Positions 13,122 through 25,787 of a DNA stretch of 64,000 nt are shown here, in pieces. The DNA comes from Macrostomum lignano (Eukaryota): assembly GCA_002269645.1 (NCBI GenBank), contig NIVC01000278.1:62001-126000 (forward strand), read 5' to 3'. Every line of letters starts with the position of its first letter. The first letter of the stretch is position 1. The translations under genes and the position numbers were made by a program. A model generated the notes under the pieces. That model saw only the letters and a program-made list of their open reading frames with translations. It did no database searches and was not told the DNA's origin.

Positions 13122-16100
13122 ATGGATGCCGTGTTCAGAGGGACCAGCCATTGCGGCTGTTTTCAGTTGGTCACGACTTTTCTGCCATTCTTTATTGCCG
13201 TAGTGGCGCCAGTGCACATTCTGGGACCAATTTTTGTACTGTACGTGCCCAACCACAGGTAAGACATTTAATCAAAAGTGTTTGGGCTGGGATTGAAGTT
13301 TACAATGGAGAAGTCAAATGTCAGGAAGGCTGTCTAGCCAGCCAGGCCTCTGATGATCAAGCGGACAGCTTGGGAGTCAGTAGCCCAATTCCACTAATCA
13401 GTTGCAAAAGCAGCAGCAGTTGCCATGGCAACCAAGTTGACAACTCGACATCCGCGCAGGTGCCGTCTCCCTCCATCCTCTGCATGGTCAGCCAACGATT
13501 CGATTCTCCCCGCCAGCCCCGAGCACGCAGCCGCCATCTCCGACTTCATTCCCATCGTTGGCAACAGCAGCGAATTCGACACCTGCCACTACAGACTCAA
13601 CGGATCCGTCACTGCCTGCAGCGACTGGATTTTCGACTCAGAACAGTTTGAGTCAACTATTGTTACTGAGGTGACTCATCACTTATGAGTGGGACAGGGG
13701 GAGAAATGGGAGACTGCGGAGATGGGTTTTACCATAGACATGTTTGTAACGGGATGGGTTTTACCATAGACATGTTTGTACCGGGATGGGTTTTACCATA
13801 GACATGTTTGTAACGGGATGGGTTTTACCATAGACATGTTTGTAACGGGATGGGTTTTACCATAGACATGTTTGTAACGGGATGGGTTTTACCATAGACA
13901 TGTTGGTCAGCTGATGGCAGTAAAAAATGGCTTAGTGTTTTCCAGCTTAGTGACCACTAACCTGCAATCTGAACACCACAGTACAAGCTGGTCTGCTCGC
14001 GACAGAAGCTGACCACCATCCTGTCAACTTGTACTTTCGGCGGCCTTCTGTGTGGCATCTTCATCTCTGGAATGCTCTCGGACTGGTGAGTTTCGCTCGG
14101 CTGTCGGAGTTCGTGTCCACATCAAATCGATCGGTCTGTCTGCATTTTTCTGACACTGATTTGTAGAAACTTTACAATCTAGAATTTGTCTCACCGTACA
14201 ATGCCACAGGCTTGGCAGGCGTAAGTGCCTCCTGCTGTCTGTCTGGCTGCTGACGCTCGCCGACGTCGCCGCCTGCTTCACTGTCTCGCCGATCTACTCG
14301 GCGATCGCCTTCCTGCTAGTTGGTGCCGGAATCCTGCCAACCTACACAGTCGGCTACGTCATGCTGTTCGAGCTGGTTGGACCCAAGGCCAGGCACCACG
14401 TTGGTTCCATCATCGCCTACTGCTCGGCGATTGGGGCCACAGTGCCGCCGCTTATTGCCATGACAACCAGGTAAGGTGGAAAAAATTCAATCGAAAAAGT
14501 TCTGCCCGATAAATTCAGCCTGACACCTGTTTGCTGCCACGTTGGGTGATTCACTGCTTCATTTTTGACCAAATTTGATGCATGAGTTTGCAAGAGTAAG
14601 AAAATGAGACTGATACTAGCAGGTGTGAGTCTCGTGTCTTACATACCTTCATCATGTCTGTCATGTCTCAGGTCATGGCGCGGTTACTCTCTGGTGTCTC
14701 TGTCATTGACGTCTCTCGCCCTCGCACTCGCCCACCTCCCGTATTTTGCACCTGAAACTCCTCGTTGGCTGCTGAGTCGCGGCAGAGACTCCGAGGCTGC
14801 CGCAGTTGTTCGCCGGATGCTGCAAATGAACGGAGCGAAGAATCCGCAGCAGCTGCTGAAGGACATGCGGGAGGCGGGTCGGAGACTGACGGGAGGGACG
14901 CAGTCGGTGACGAAGTCGATGATGCTGCTGGCGAAGTCACCGACTCTGGTCATGAGACTCTGCATCATCTGCTGTAACTGGTGAGTGCATCATGTACTCT
15001 GTGCATCGTGTGCTGTAACTGGTGAGTGCATCATGTACTGGACCTCAAGTTTCACTGCTCAGGTTCGGTGTCTCAGCTGCATTCTACGGCATTTCGATGG
15101 CTTCAAAGAACCTACCAGGTAGTATATTTTTCATCACCGGAATGCTCGGGTTGGCCGAGTTTCCTGCCGCGCTTTTCACGCAAGTGGCCGCTGACAGAAT
15201 CGGCAGAAAATCAACCTACCTGACGTCGTTAGCGAGCTCTGGATTCTTCATGCTAGTGCTGGCGATTACTAGCGTTTGGGCAGCTGGTGAGATGGCGCGC
15301 AGGTCTGTGACCGTCTGTTGTCAAGCAATCATGCAATGACGCCATCATATGTAGAATGCACTGAGTACCAGCTTTAGGATATCTTAAAACTGTTCATCTT
15401 TGTCCTGTAAGCTTGATACTCTTCTTGAGCTCAAAGTTACCTGCTGGCGTATTTTCGGGTGCTTAAACACTTGTGTGAAGTATAAGACTTGCCGCCTGTA
15501 CAAGCTTGTACAGAGTATTTTGGTGTAGTGTTTAGTTTGGATTAATCACAAAACCGTTTTCTGTGTACTCGATCCACGATTCCTTCTCAATCCAATCCCC
15601 TTAGGGTTAACTTGGGTCATCGTTGCGTTGTCGCTGGCCAGTAAGATGTTGATCGGCGTCTCCTATTTGATGGCCTACATGTGGACTGCGGAGCTGGCGC
15701 CCACCAGTGTTAGAGGCGCTGTGCTCTCGATAAGTTCGCTGTTTGCCAGACTCGGGACTCTGTTTGCGCCTGTGCTGGGACACCTGGTGAGTCGTTGTGT
15801 CTTGACGCACACCACCAGCTCCTGATTTTCACGTGGAGGTCAATTCTCACTTACCCGCAGGACGTCTTTATCGGCAAGGAATTCGGTCCCGCTGTTGCCT
15901 TCCTCGTCTTCTCAGCCTCCTGCTTTGTCATCGCAGGCCTCGCATGCGCTCTGCCTGAGACTCGCGGCATGCCGCTGCCGGAGACGGCGGAGGATCTGCT
16001 GAAGAGTCGGTGAGTCAACTCGAAAACTTTGACATCCCGACGCAACTGTCTTTCATTCTTTGTTCGCTCAAAATTATTTTCAGGCGTGCCAATTATCTAC

Positions 16101-16207
16101 TGACGGATTCGACGGACGAGAAGCAAAGGACACAGTTTGTCGACGAAGAGAAGTCGAAGGAGAGCGACGCGTTGAAGCCTGCCGACAATGCCATCGATAC
16201 CGCTTGA
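13122..16207 (+). CDS. SLC22-like organic cation/anion transporter (MFS), 9 exons, about 566 aa
   Basis: Exons 13122-13258, 13460-13670, 13982-14085, 14210-14470, 14672-14980, 15063-15286, 15605-15786, 15861-16009, 16084-16207, all GT-AG and phase-compatible (1701 nt). Motifs: PNHRC, C..W.F...STIVTE, YKLVC, LSDWLGRR, ELVGPKAR, PETPRWL, AELAPTSVRG, LPETRG. Confidence 0.92.
13721..13904. repeat. 32-bp intronic minisatellite, about 5.7 copies
   Basis: Unit GATGGGTTTTACCATAGACATGTTTGTAACGG in transporter intron 2. Confidence 0.95.
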
Positions 16208-16856
16208 GTCGGTTATCCCGCTGTACAGTAGCACTAAAGAAACCCAAATGTCAGATGCTGCCGCAGCAGAGAAGATGGCGGATTGAATTTTTTCTTCTCC
16301 CACTTTTTCTTTCTCATTTTTCTTCGATTTGAACTTTTTTCTCTTATTCCTTTACCTTATTTTACCTTCTTTTGCCTCCTAGAAATGCGATTGACAGCTT
16401 GGCCTGAAGCAGCATTCTGCTTCGAAGTCTAATCAGCGCCTCTCATTTGCTTACATGATCTGGGCCATAGAACTTTGGTCCATAGACCTTGGGCCTTTGA
16501 TTTTAGGCCACAGACAATCTGTATGTTGTTCTGTTTACAACTGGGTGCTAGGAATGTTATGGTAAAATCATTTCTTTGACTCTTTGATTCGCATGACGTG
16601 CGTCATTATTTGTTATGATCATATAAAGCTTTCAGTAAAATATTTAAAATATACTGTTGTTTGTCTCGTCTCTCACTTCTATGGCTCTAGGTCTACTACA
16701 AGTATCAATGTGAGAGCCAAATAACTGAGGCAGCGGATTCGACTGACTTTTCCTGATGATGCAAACACTTGATGGCTACTTACAGCCGTTGTATTTTATC
16801 GTCACTGGTTCTGTCTCGCATAGAGGCGCCTAATCGCAGTGAATCGCAGTAACCCC

Positions 16857-17906
16857 TGTGACACTTGTCTCTGCCTGGTCGAAAGCTTGTAATGAGTTAG
16901 TAGGCTGGATTGTAGGGTAATAGTCGATCAGGAAGGGCTGTGGGTAGCTGTATAGGAAGGCAGGCCTATACCTGTTCCAGTTGATGCTCTGACGGTCTCC
17001 CTCAGCAGTGTCCTCTAGTGAATAGCCAGCTTTAAGCTGGAGTATGCCAGAACCTAAGCCTGAGTCAAAGCAGGACGGAGCCGTTGGCATGGCCCCTATT
17101 TATGTGGTGGGTTGGCGAAGCAAAGGGTGAAATAGTCCCGGCGATTAGCCCTCCTGCCACTTCAAAGATAATAAGAGACTGTTCTGGCAAAGAGTACCCG
17201 GGGTTTAAGTGCGTGGGCAGCCCCAGGGAGAAGGCCACGGCCGTGGGGTGGTCATTTGACCTTTTTTGGAGCACACTAACTGGTTTGAAAAGTAAGGTTG
17301 CACGTGTGATGGCCTGGGCTGGGGATCGCTCCGCAGCCCTGGCCATATGGTCTGCCGCTCCCACTGACTATGTTTGTTTGCACTCTGTTTGTTCCCCTCA
17401 CTGACTCACCGGAGTCACCCCTTCTGAACACTTCCCCCATGCTACGTATGCACCATTCGTACGCGTGTTCCATGCATCGTGCCACAGCGCGCCTGGCTAT
17501 GTTGGGGCCCAGGAGCCCACAAATATATGGCAAAGCTAGACGATACGGTCTGGTTTACGTCTCTTATTCCTGTCTGCCACTCGGGAGCCAATTCCTAGTG
17601 CATAGCGAATCAAGACTTCGTTCTCGAGTCATTGCAGCACGCTTGTCAGTTTAGTCTGTGCGCGCACCCACCCCATTGTTATTGTATAAGTCAGTTTTTT
17701 CCTTCCCCACCAATCACACCACTCACGGACTTGTACATCGCGTGCGTAACATCTAGAAATCAAAGGTCAAACAAAATATAAAGCATACTCGTAGCTTCTT
17801 CGCAGCCCACTGGGGCACCCTCCTTTTTGCGCGTTATAGCCTATAAATTTTCATCGCATTATAATTCATAGGCCTGATTTTCTTAGTTTTTTATAGCTCT
17901 AAAACA
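16857..17906 (+). mobile_element. Putative 5' LTR of the BEL/Pao element (start uncertain: TGT at 16857 or at 17677/17683)
   Basis: Ends AAAACA at 17906, two bases before a PBS. The 5' boundary is inferred only from a TGT start. Confidence 0.5.
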
Positions 17907-17908
17907 TT

Positions 17909-17926
17909 TGGTAGCAGAGCGTGGTT
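17909..17926 (+). other. Primer-binding site complementary to the 3' end of initiator tRNA-Met
   Basis: TGGTAGCAGAGCGTGGTT (18 nt) directly after the LTR end. It fits the animal tRNA-iMet acceptor end. Confidence 0.85.
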
Positions 17927-17967
17927 GTCATCGATAGTTTTTTTTCACGCTAGCAAACTATAGAAGA

Positions 17968-19792
17968 ATGTCAGGCGAAGAGGAAACACAGGCTGAATCT
18001 GTTGAACAGCCAGACGATATCAAGTTGCAGTCGTTGCGACGAGAAAAGTCAAAGTTCAAGTCTGCGCTGACCAAGAACAGAAATAAGCTAGCCTGGCTGC
18101 TACAAGACGGGTCCGACAAGAGCGCGATTTAACGACAATAAGAAGTCGTCACCGAGATATTCGAAGGTACAACCGAGACGCTGTACGAGCTGTGCGATGA
18201 GTTGAAACGGCAGAAAAGCGACGCAGCTCAGTATTCTCGGCTGCTCGACGAAATTGACGTCATTGAGGACGACTACCGGACGACCATGCAAGAGGTTCAT
18301 CGGTACCTCAAGGACTACAGAGCAACGACAACAGCACCTGCAGTAGCGGCGGCACAAGAGGAGGCAACGGCAGCGACGTTGAAGACTTCAGCAGCGGCGG
18401 CAGCGGCGGCAGCGGTGCAGGCCAGTCGAGAGCGGTGATTAAAATTCAACGCGGAGTCCATGCAAGGCCAGCGGCAGCAGACTTCGTACAGAGACTATGG
18501 TGGTGATTTTGGCTTTTTGCCTTCTTCCAATCAGCATGCGGGCGCTGAGATGGAAGCGGAGGACGAAGGCGAAATCGGTAATTCATCGGTTCATGAGTTG
18601 TCCAAGGATTTATGGAAGATGCTGCGTAGGGTGGAGATTCCGACTTTCTATGGCGACCAGCCGCAGTATGAGGCATGGAAGGCTGCATTCATGGCTTGCA
18701 TCGATAGGGCACCAGCAACTCCAGAATTCAAGCTTCTTCAGCTGAGGCAGTATTTGAATGGAGTGGCATTGAAAGTGATCGAGCACCTTGGACATACGAC
18801 TGCGGCTTATGAGGCGGCGAAAGAGAGGCTGGAGCGCGAGTATGGCGGCAAGAGGCGACAGTTGGCTCTTTACTTAGAGGAACTGGACAGTTTTCCACCT
18901 GTGAAGCAGAATAGTGCAGAGGAGCTTAAGAAGTTCGCAAACATCCTTGATGTGGCCGTAATTAATTTGGAAGAAGCAGGTAAGAATACAAAACTTAGTG
19001 ATGGACTGCTTTATGCAAAAGAAACTTCCGGAGCCGATGGTCGCAGCATTTTGCCGTTGGGTGTTCGAGAAGAAGCCAGAAGGCGTGAGAACACTCCATG
19101 AGTGGGTGTTGCGCGAAGCCGAGTTTCGAACTCAGGCAGCAGAGATTGTGCACGGTGTGGCCACCTCCAGCCAGGACAGGAGCACCCAAAGAAGGAAGGG
19201 AAGCAGAAGACCTTTCATGTAGCACATCAGAGCACGAGCTCGCGTAGGGAGAGCTATTCTTGTGTCGTCTGCAAGGAGACACACGCTCTATGAAAGTGTC
19301 CAGCGTTCAAAAAGCTGTCGTCTGAGAATCGATGGAAGGCTTCTCAGGAAGCAAAAGCGTGTTTCCGCTGTCTGGGACATGGTCACACAGGTCAAAATTA
19401 TCGACGAGGTTGCAGGTGTGGCATTGACGGAATCGAAAAATCCCACCATCTCCTGTTGCACTCGAGCGCTGCTAGGTCGGAATCGAAAGAGAAGTCAGAA
19501 GGAAAAGCCGGTGCTGAGCAAGAAATGCAGTGGCAGCCGAAACCTGCAACCGTGACAATGGTAGCTAGAGAAGCCAGTGCGGTTTCACTCTGAACGGTTC
19601 CGGTCATTCTTAAGGCGAATAGGCGCGCGGTGAAGGTCAATACCTTACTTGATGAGGCCAGCACAAAGACCTATTTGAATACGGCGATAGCATCCAAGCT
19701 TGGCCTGCACGGCAAACAGGAATCAATGCAGGTAAACGTGTTGAACGGACAGGTGGAAACCTTCATAACAGCACCAGTGTCATGCACCTTGG
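17968..19792 (+). mobile_element. Decayed BEL/Pao LTR retrotransposon gag-protease region, 3' part missing
   Basis: ATG at 17968; in-frame stops at 18130, 18139 and 18436. DUF1759-type gag (IPTFYGD..Y..WKAAF, KLLQLRQYL), Zn knuckles (CVVC..H, CFRCLGHGH, HHLLLH), protease (TLLDEAST). Cut off by a GA repeat at about 19793. Confidence 0.9.
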
Positions 19793-20172
19793 AGAGACGA
19801 GAGGAGAGACGAATAGAAGAGAGAGGAGAGAAGGAGAGAAGAGAGGAGGGAAGGGAGAAGAAGAGAAGCAAAGGGAGAGGAGAGGAAAGGAGAGGAGAGG
19901 AGACGAGAGGAGAGGAGAGGAGAGGAGAGGAGAGGAGAGGAGAGGAGAGGAGAGGAGAGGAGAGGAGAGGAGAGGAGAGGAGAGGAGAGGAGAGGAGAGG
20001 AGAGACTATAAGAAGAGAGGTGAGAGAAGAGAGGTGAGAGAAGAGAGCTGAGAAGAGACACAAACATTGAGCGAGCCGGATCGCTATTGTGAAGTTTCAA
20101 AAGACCCGAGGGCGGGATAGAGAGGCTTTGCGGGCCGCATGTGGCCCGCGGGCCGGAGTTTGACGACCCCTG
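19793..20172 (+). mobile_element. (GAGAG)n tract plus right end of a hAT-type non-autonomous element
   Basis: Ends GGGCCGCATGTGGCCCGCGGGCCGGAGTTTGACGACCCCTG (reverse complement starts CAGGGG, typical of hAT ends). The same sequence recurs at about 47540-47637. Confidence 0.6.
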
Positions 20173-20589
20173 CTATTGTAATTTTAGTATTCAGCCCTTC
20201 TCCTTTGGCGCCTGTGATCGAAATTCCGAGTCCGCCGCAATCCCCAATCACTAAAATGCCGTCAGATAAAACAATAGAGACAGCGCCAAGAGGAACTGAA
20301 GGAGGCAGCCAAGAGATCCAGAAAATTACTGGTCTCGCCCTTGCAAATTTCATTCATTTGAAATATTTACTAAATAAATTGATAGTACAGTACTGTTGCG
20401 AAATGTTTGAATTAGTTGAAAATTCGAGCACTTTCAGACTTTTGGCTACTTCCAACACAGAGCTGAATATTGGAGCTGAACTGCGATATAACAGCAGGAT
20501 TTTGGGTGCCCTTAGATTAAAAGAAACTTTGTACAATGTGCCCTCACACCAATAGCCCCCCATTCTGAAATATTTTCCGACACTGCTGA

Positions 20590-22150
20590 TCAGAGTGCGT
20601 GTAAAATCATACATTATATATCAGAGAGCGTATAAAATCATACATAATATATCAGAGAGCGTATAAAATCAGACATTATATATCAGAGAGCGTGTAAAAT
20701 CATACATTATATATCAGAGAGCGTATAAAATCAGACATTATATATCAGAGAGCGTATAAAATCAGACATTATATATCAGAGAGCGTGTAAAATCAGACAT
20801 TATATATCAGAGAGCGTATAAAATCAGACATTATATATCAGAGAGCGTATAAAATCAGACATTATATATCAGAGAGCGTATAAAATCAGACATTATATAT
20901 CAGAGAGCGTATAAAATCATACATAATATATCAGAGAGCGTATAAAATCAGACATTATATATCAGAGAGCGTGTAAAATCAGACATTATATATCAGAGAG
21001 CGTATAAAATCAGACATTATATATCAGAGAGCGTATAAAATCAGACATTACATATCAGAGAGCGTGTAAAATCAGACATTATATATCAGAGAGCGTATAA
21101 AATCAGACATTATATATCAGAGAGCGTATAAAATCAGACATTATATATCAGAGAGCGTATAAAATCAGACATTATATATCAGAGAGCGTATAAAATCAGA
21201 CATTATATATCAGAGAGCGTATAAAATCAGACATTATATATCAGAGAGCGTATAAAATCAGACATTATATATCAGAGAGCGTATAAAATCAGACATTATA
21301 TATCAGAGAGCGTATAAAATCAGACATTATATATCAGAGAGCGTATAAAATCAGACATAATATATCAGAGAGCGTATAAAATCAGACATAATATATCAGA
21401 GTGCGTATAAAATCATACATAATATATCAGAGAGCGTATAAAATCATACATAATATATCAGAGAGCGTATAAAATCAGACATTATATATCAGAGAGCGTA
21501 TAAAATCAGACATAATATATCAGAGAGCGTATAAAATCAGACATTATATATCAGAGAGCGTATAAAATCAGACATTATATATCAGAGAGCGTATAAAATC
21601 AGACATTATATATCAGAGAGCGTGTAAAATCAGACATTATATATCAGAGAGCGTATAAAATCAGACATTATATATCAGAGAGCGTATAAAATCAGACATA
21701 TATCAGAGAGCGTATAAAATCATACATAATATATCAGAGAGCGTATAAAATCAGACATTATATATCAGAGAGCGTGTAAAATCAGACATTATATATCAGA
21801 GAGCGTATAAAATCAGACATTATATATCAGAGAGCGTATAAAATCAGACATTACATATCAGAGAGCGTGTAAAATCAGACATTATATATCAGAGAGCGTA
21901 TAAAATCAGACATTATATATCAGAGAGCGTATAAAATCAGACATTATATATCAGAGAGCGTATAAAATCAGACATTATATATCAGAGAGCGTATAAAATC
22001 AGACATTATATATCAGAGAGCGTATAAAATCAGACATTATATATCAGAGAGCGTATAAAATCAGACATTATATATCAGAGAGCGTATAAAATCAGACATT
22101 ATATATCAGAGAGCGTATAAAATCAGACATTATATATCAGAGAGCGTGTA
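20590..22150. repeat. 31-bp minisatellite, about 50 copies
   Basis: Unit ATCAGAGAGCGTATAAAATCAGACATTATAT, highly homogeneous, immediately 3' of the ankyrin-NTase gene. Confidence 0.98.
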
Positions 22151-22215
22151 TAGTCAGAATTTATCAGAGAGCCTCTACAGTTTTCTCATATAAAGTCAAT
22201 TGTAAAATTTTTAGT

Positions 22216-23654
22216 TTAATCTGCTGAATCAAGTCTCTCTAGCTTCTCCCTGACCCAGCCGATCTTCTTCTCGTCCTGCGTCTCCATGGCGACGCGTCTC
22301 TCTTTCTCGATCATCTCCATCTGCTGCAGGCTGAGCTCCACGTGCTCGCGGCAGTCGCTGTAGTGAGCCAGAGTGAGCAGCTCCTCCAAGTCCGGGTCTC
22401 CAAGCAGCTGTTCAATCCAATGATCGAATGCGATTGCAGGTGTGCGATTGCGGAGCAGCTCAGCTTGGAGACTCCAGCTCAGGCAGCGGAAGTTCACGTA
22501 CAGGTGGGAGGAGAGAGGCTGCGACAGTCTGGCTGTGAACAGAGTCTGCGTGAACTCGGAAAGGAATGGGAAGCGAGGCGGAGAGTCGCAGGGGAGGCAG
22601 AACCTCCACGCCCAGTCTGAGTCTTCTGCCAGTTTAGTTGGGCTATATCTAAAACCTTGAATATCCTGTGGCTTCAACCCTGACTCAACCGGATGTCTCT
22701 GCAGCTCCATCGCGAGTCTCTCAGCCTCCTCAGATTCTCCGAACTTTAAATGCGCCATGGTGGTCATGCACAGGGCGGCGCACTTGCACCACTGCAGCTC
22801 GTGCATGAGACTGAGCTGGCTCATCAGGGTGCTTCTGTTGCTAGATTCCGACTGCAGCTCGCTCACACACTGGTGCACCACACTGAACACGTCTGCTAAC
22901 TTGTAGTACATTTCTTCTGAATAGAGATCACTTCCTTCCCTGATCTCGGTGACAGCAGGCGGCGCTGTCAGAGGCAGCAGAGTGAACATGTGAAAGTAGA
23001 ACTTCTCTGACTGCAGAGGTCTCACGTGAGTTCTCAGCTGGTCGATCACTCCGCCGATGTCGCTTCTCAGCTCACGAAGTCGGTCTCGAACCCTCGCCTT
23101 TGTGTTGTCGAAGTCGCCGCCGATTCCTGCGTTCTTGAAGTAGAGCGGAGCGTCGGGCATGAAGAAGTGCGGCATGCACTCATCGGGCGAGCTGCTGCTC
23201 GAGTCGATGAAGCTCAGCATCATGTCGAGAGACTCGTTGAGCAGAGCGATCAGATTGTGGGGCTGCCAACGAGCTTTTACCCAAGATCATGTGCTTTGCT
23301 TCTCAAGCATAAAAAAGAGCAGAGTCTTTGCATGGTAGGTCTTGAGTCCAGGTGTGTCCAGAGTGAGCGGCAAGTGTCTCTTGAAGATGAACTTGATGAG
23401 TGTGAACAGCTGGCCCTGGACTGTGTTCAGCCGCCTCATGATTTCTTTCTCTTGGAAGCTGAAGCTCACTCTGAGCTCATTGGTCGAGCTCGGTCTTGTC
23501 GCACGCACGAGGTGAACAAAAGTATAACTGTGTCTAGTATCAAGCAGTTTTTCAATTCTGTCCTCACAGAAGCTGCTGCAGCAGTCGATCGCATGGCACG
23601 TGTCCTGTGCAGGCCGAAAACCACATGCTGTGGCTGCCACTGCAGGTTGGCTGC
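22216..23654 (-). pseudogene. Exon 3 of ankyrin-Mab-21/cGAS-like NTase gene (Mab-21 C-terminal lobe plus helical tail); in-frame TGA at 23289-23287
   Basis: Acceptor ctctgcag| before 23654, phase 1, matching exon 2. Motifs DTCHAIDC, HLV, ELRVSFSFQEK, LKTYHAKTLLFF, then WQPHNL in the same frame after a single TGA. Confidence 0.75.
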
Positions 23655-23844
23655 CTGCAGAGCGCAGTGAGCGGAGAGTTGCATTGTGGTGAGGAAAAAA
23701 AGATGGTTTGGTTTGAAACTGCTTTTATACGCCGCTATTCTTTCCTGGATATTTCAGATAATTTATTTTCACACATAATTCAGTCAAAAAAGTGTTCTTG
23801 TTGTTTTATTGTTATTACGCAGTATTACCTTTAATTTTATTTAG

Positions 23845-24302
23845 TATTGGTTTTGTCAGCCTAACTGAGAATAAAGCCATCCAAAGTGAGAATCCTGCCT
23901 ACGCTGACTGCGAAGGGCCTGGCTGCGTGCAGCCTTAGTCTATGGGCCATATACAATAAAGGACAAGCAAACTGATAAAAAGCCATCCAATGTGAGAATC
24001 CTGCCTACGCTGAATACGAAGGGCCTAGCTGCGTGCAGCCTAGTCTATGAGCCATAGACTATAAAGGATAAGCTAGGATTGGCTAGTCATATGGCTCAGA
24101 AGCTCAGAAGGTATAAAAATAAAAGAATACGACGCATAGACCAATCGATTCTCACATTGGATGGCTTTTTATCACTTTGCTTGTCCTTTATTGTCTATGG
24201 TCTATAGACTAAGGCTGCACGCAGCCAGGCCCTTCGCAGTCAGCGTAGGCAGGATTCTCATTTTGAGTGGCTTTATTCTCAGTTAGGCTGGCAAAAGCAA
24301 TA
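23845..24302. mobile_element. MITE with long inverted repeats inside intron 2 of the ankyrin-NTase gene
   Basis: TTTTGTCAGCCTAACTGAGAATAAAGCC... at 23851 is the reverse complement of ...GGCTTTATTCTCAGTTAGGCTGGCAAAA ending 24296. An internal direct duplication is also visible. Confidence 0.85.
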
Positions 24303-24475
24303 AATGATTGTATAAGATCGTAAATGACTACACGAACTAGTTAACAAGAACCAATTGTTAGGCTCGTAAATTTTTTTAAGCGGTGATGACGATAATCGAT
24401 TGATTTACAATACTTGATTTTTGCTTTGCACAGCTGCTAAGCCCTCAAGCAGACTATCTGAAAGACTGGCGCAGC

Positions 24476-24575
24476 AGGCTTTCTTCCCTTACTCAGGGCT
24501 TTCTTCACTTACTCAGGGCTTTCTTCCCTTACTCAGGGCTTTCTTCCCTTACTCAGGGCTTTCTTCCCTTACTCA
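24476..24575. repeat. 20-bp tandem repeat, 5 copies
   Basis: Unit GGGCTTTCTTCCCTTACTCA. Confidence 0.95.
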
Positions 24576-24790
24576 CATCAGAAACCAATCTCTCACTCTA
24601 AGCCATTGTTGAAAAGTTCTTCGTCTCATTGCCCTGTTGCTATGTTCAGCACCCAAGCCGACATTCGCAGTCACAGAAGCTGCTGGAGGCTGGGCGCCAC
24701 TCGGTTGCGAATTTAATATTGAGCAAAGTTAATGGGCTCCCAGTTGCATGCGGATCTCAGCATTGTGATGATGAACCCAGCCTCACTCAC

Positions 24791-25223
24791 CTGCTCCTGC
24801 TGCCACCTGTGCGTGGCCCTCCTCGACCTGCAGCGGAGTGGCGTCTCTGCAGCCGTCGCAGCCACCTTCCAGATGGAACTCTTGCTCAGCAGCCAGCACA
24901 GTCCAGTCAATGTCCGAGTCTGCAGCTGTCCTGCCGTTCACTTGCACCAGACTGTTGGCCCAGCCTTCTGCGTAGCTGCCCGTCATCCTCCTGCGACAGC
25001 CATCCCGTGTGAGGACTCGAGCGACTCCTTCCAGCCAGTCAGCCAGTCTCTGCTGACACTTTGCTCTCTGCTCGGTGAATCCCGCCTTTCTGAGCAGTCG
25101 ATGCAGCTGATTGCTCAGGCGCCTGTGGAAGCAGCATGTGAGTCTGGTATGATCCGAGAAGCGGGAGAGCTGAGAGTGCATCTGCTGCAGCACTCAGTCC
25201 AGCCCAATCTCTGCTGAAGTTCG
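24791..25223 (-). pseudogene. Exon 2 of ankyrin-Mab-21/cGAS-like gene: nucleotidyltransferase active-site core; apparent 1-bp deletion near 25193
   Basis: TGSYAEG...DSDID, the GS and DxD motifs of the Pol-beta NTase fold. Donor G|gtgagt after 24791. A phase-2 acceptor at 25224 reads SELQQRLGWTE and then needs a 1-nt shift to join VLQQMH. Confidence 0.75.
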
Positions 25224-25787
25224 CTGCAATTTCTGCCCCAAGCTATCATTCACGCAGCAGTGAAAGCCGAGACTCACCAATGGAGGCCCCAATCCAAGCG
25301 TTGAGCGCCTGCCTGCCGAGTCTCTGGGACTCTGCAATGCGTGATGGAATGCCGGTCAGAGCAGCTTAGCCTGAGATTTTTATTCGCCATAAAAAAATTC
25401 TTTGATTTCGAAACGCCCGTAGCTCGTGAACTTTCAGTCGAAACACTCCAGTGGAGCTCTGCTTCATCAAAAATATCTCCACAGTTTAAGTAGGAAGAAA
25501 ACATATTGTAGAAGGAGGGACAATAGAATATAATTAAACCAGGGAATTTTATGAAAATACTTCAGTGCTTGTTGAATAAAATATATAAGAACTTGTTCTT
25601 CATTTTATCCTGAAGTGCAGAACCATCTTCTCTCCTCTAGATTCCTACTCTTCTTTTCTCTCTCTTTTCCTTTTCATCTCTCAAGCTACCTGTCTAACTC
25701 TGATTTTTCTCCTTACAAAAAAGCTAATGAAAACTTAAATTTTACGTACATGCACTGTGTCTTCTCAATTATAGCTCAACAGCTCAC

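Noticed and set aside
19630-20100. ORFs extending the BEL protease with GEERR or SSPLL repeats
   Set aside because: The extension is the (GAGAG)n tract that truncates the element, not coding sequence.
20590-22150. CRISPR-like regular array
   Set aside because: Repeats are head-to-tail with no unique spacers, there are no cas genes, and the context is eukaryotic. The same applies to all other arrays.
23287-23289. Selenocysteine or read-through interpretation of the in-frame TGA
   Set aside because: The position is not a Cys-type catalytic site, I identified no SECIS, and a second independent lesion exists. Decay or sequence error is simpler.
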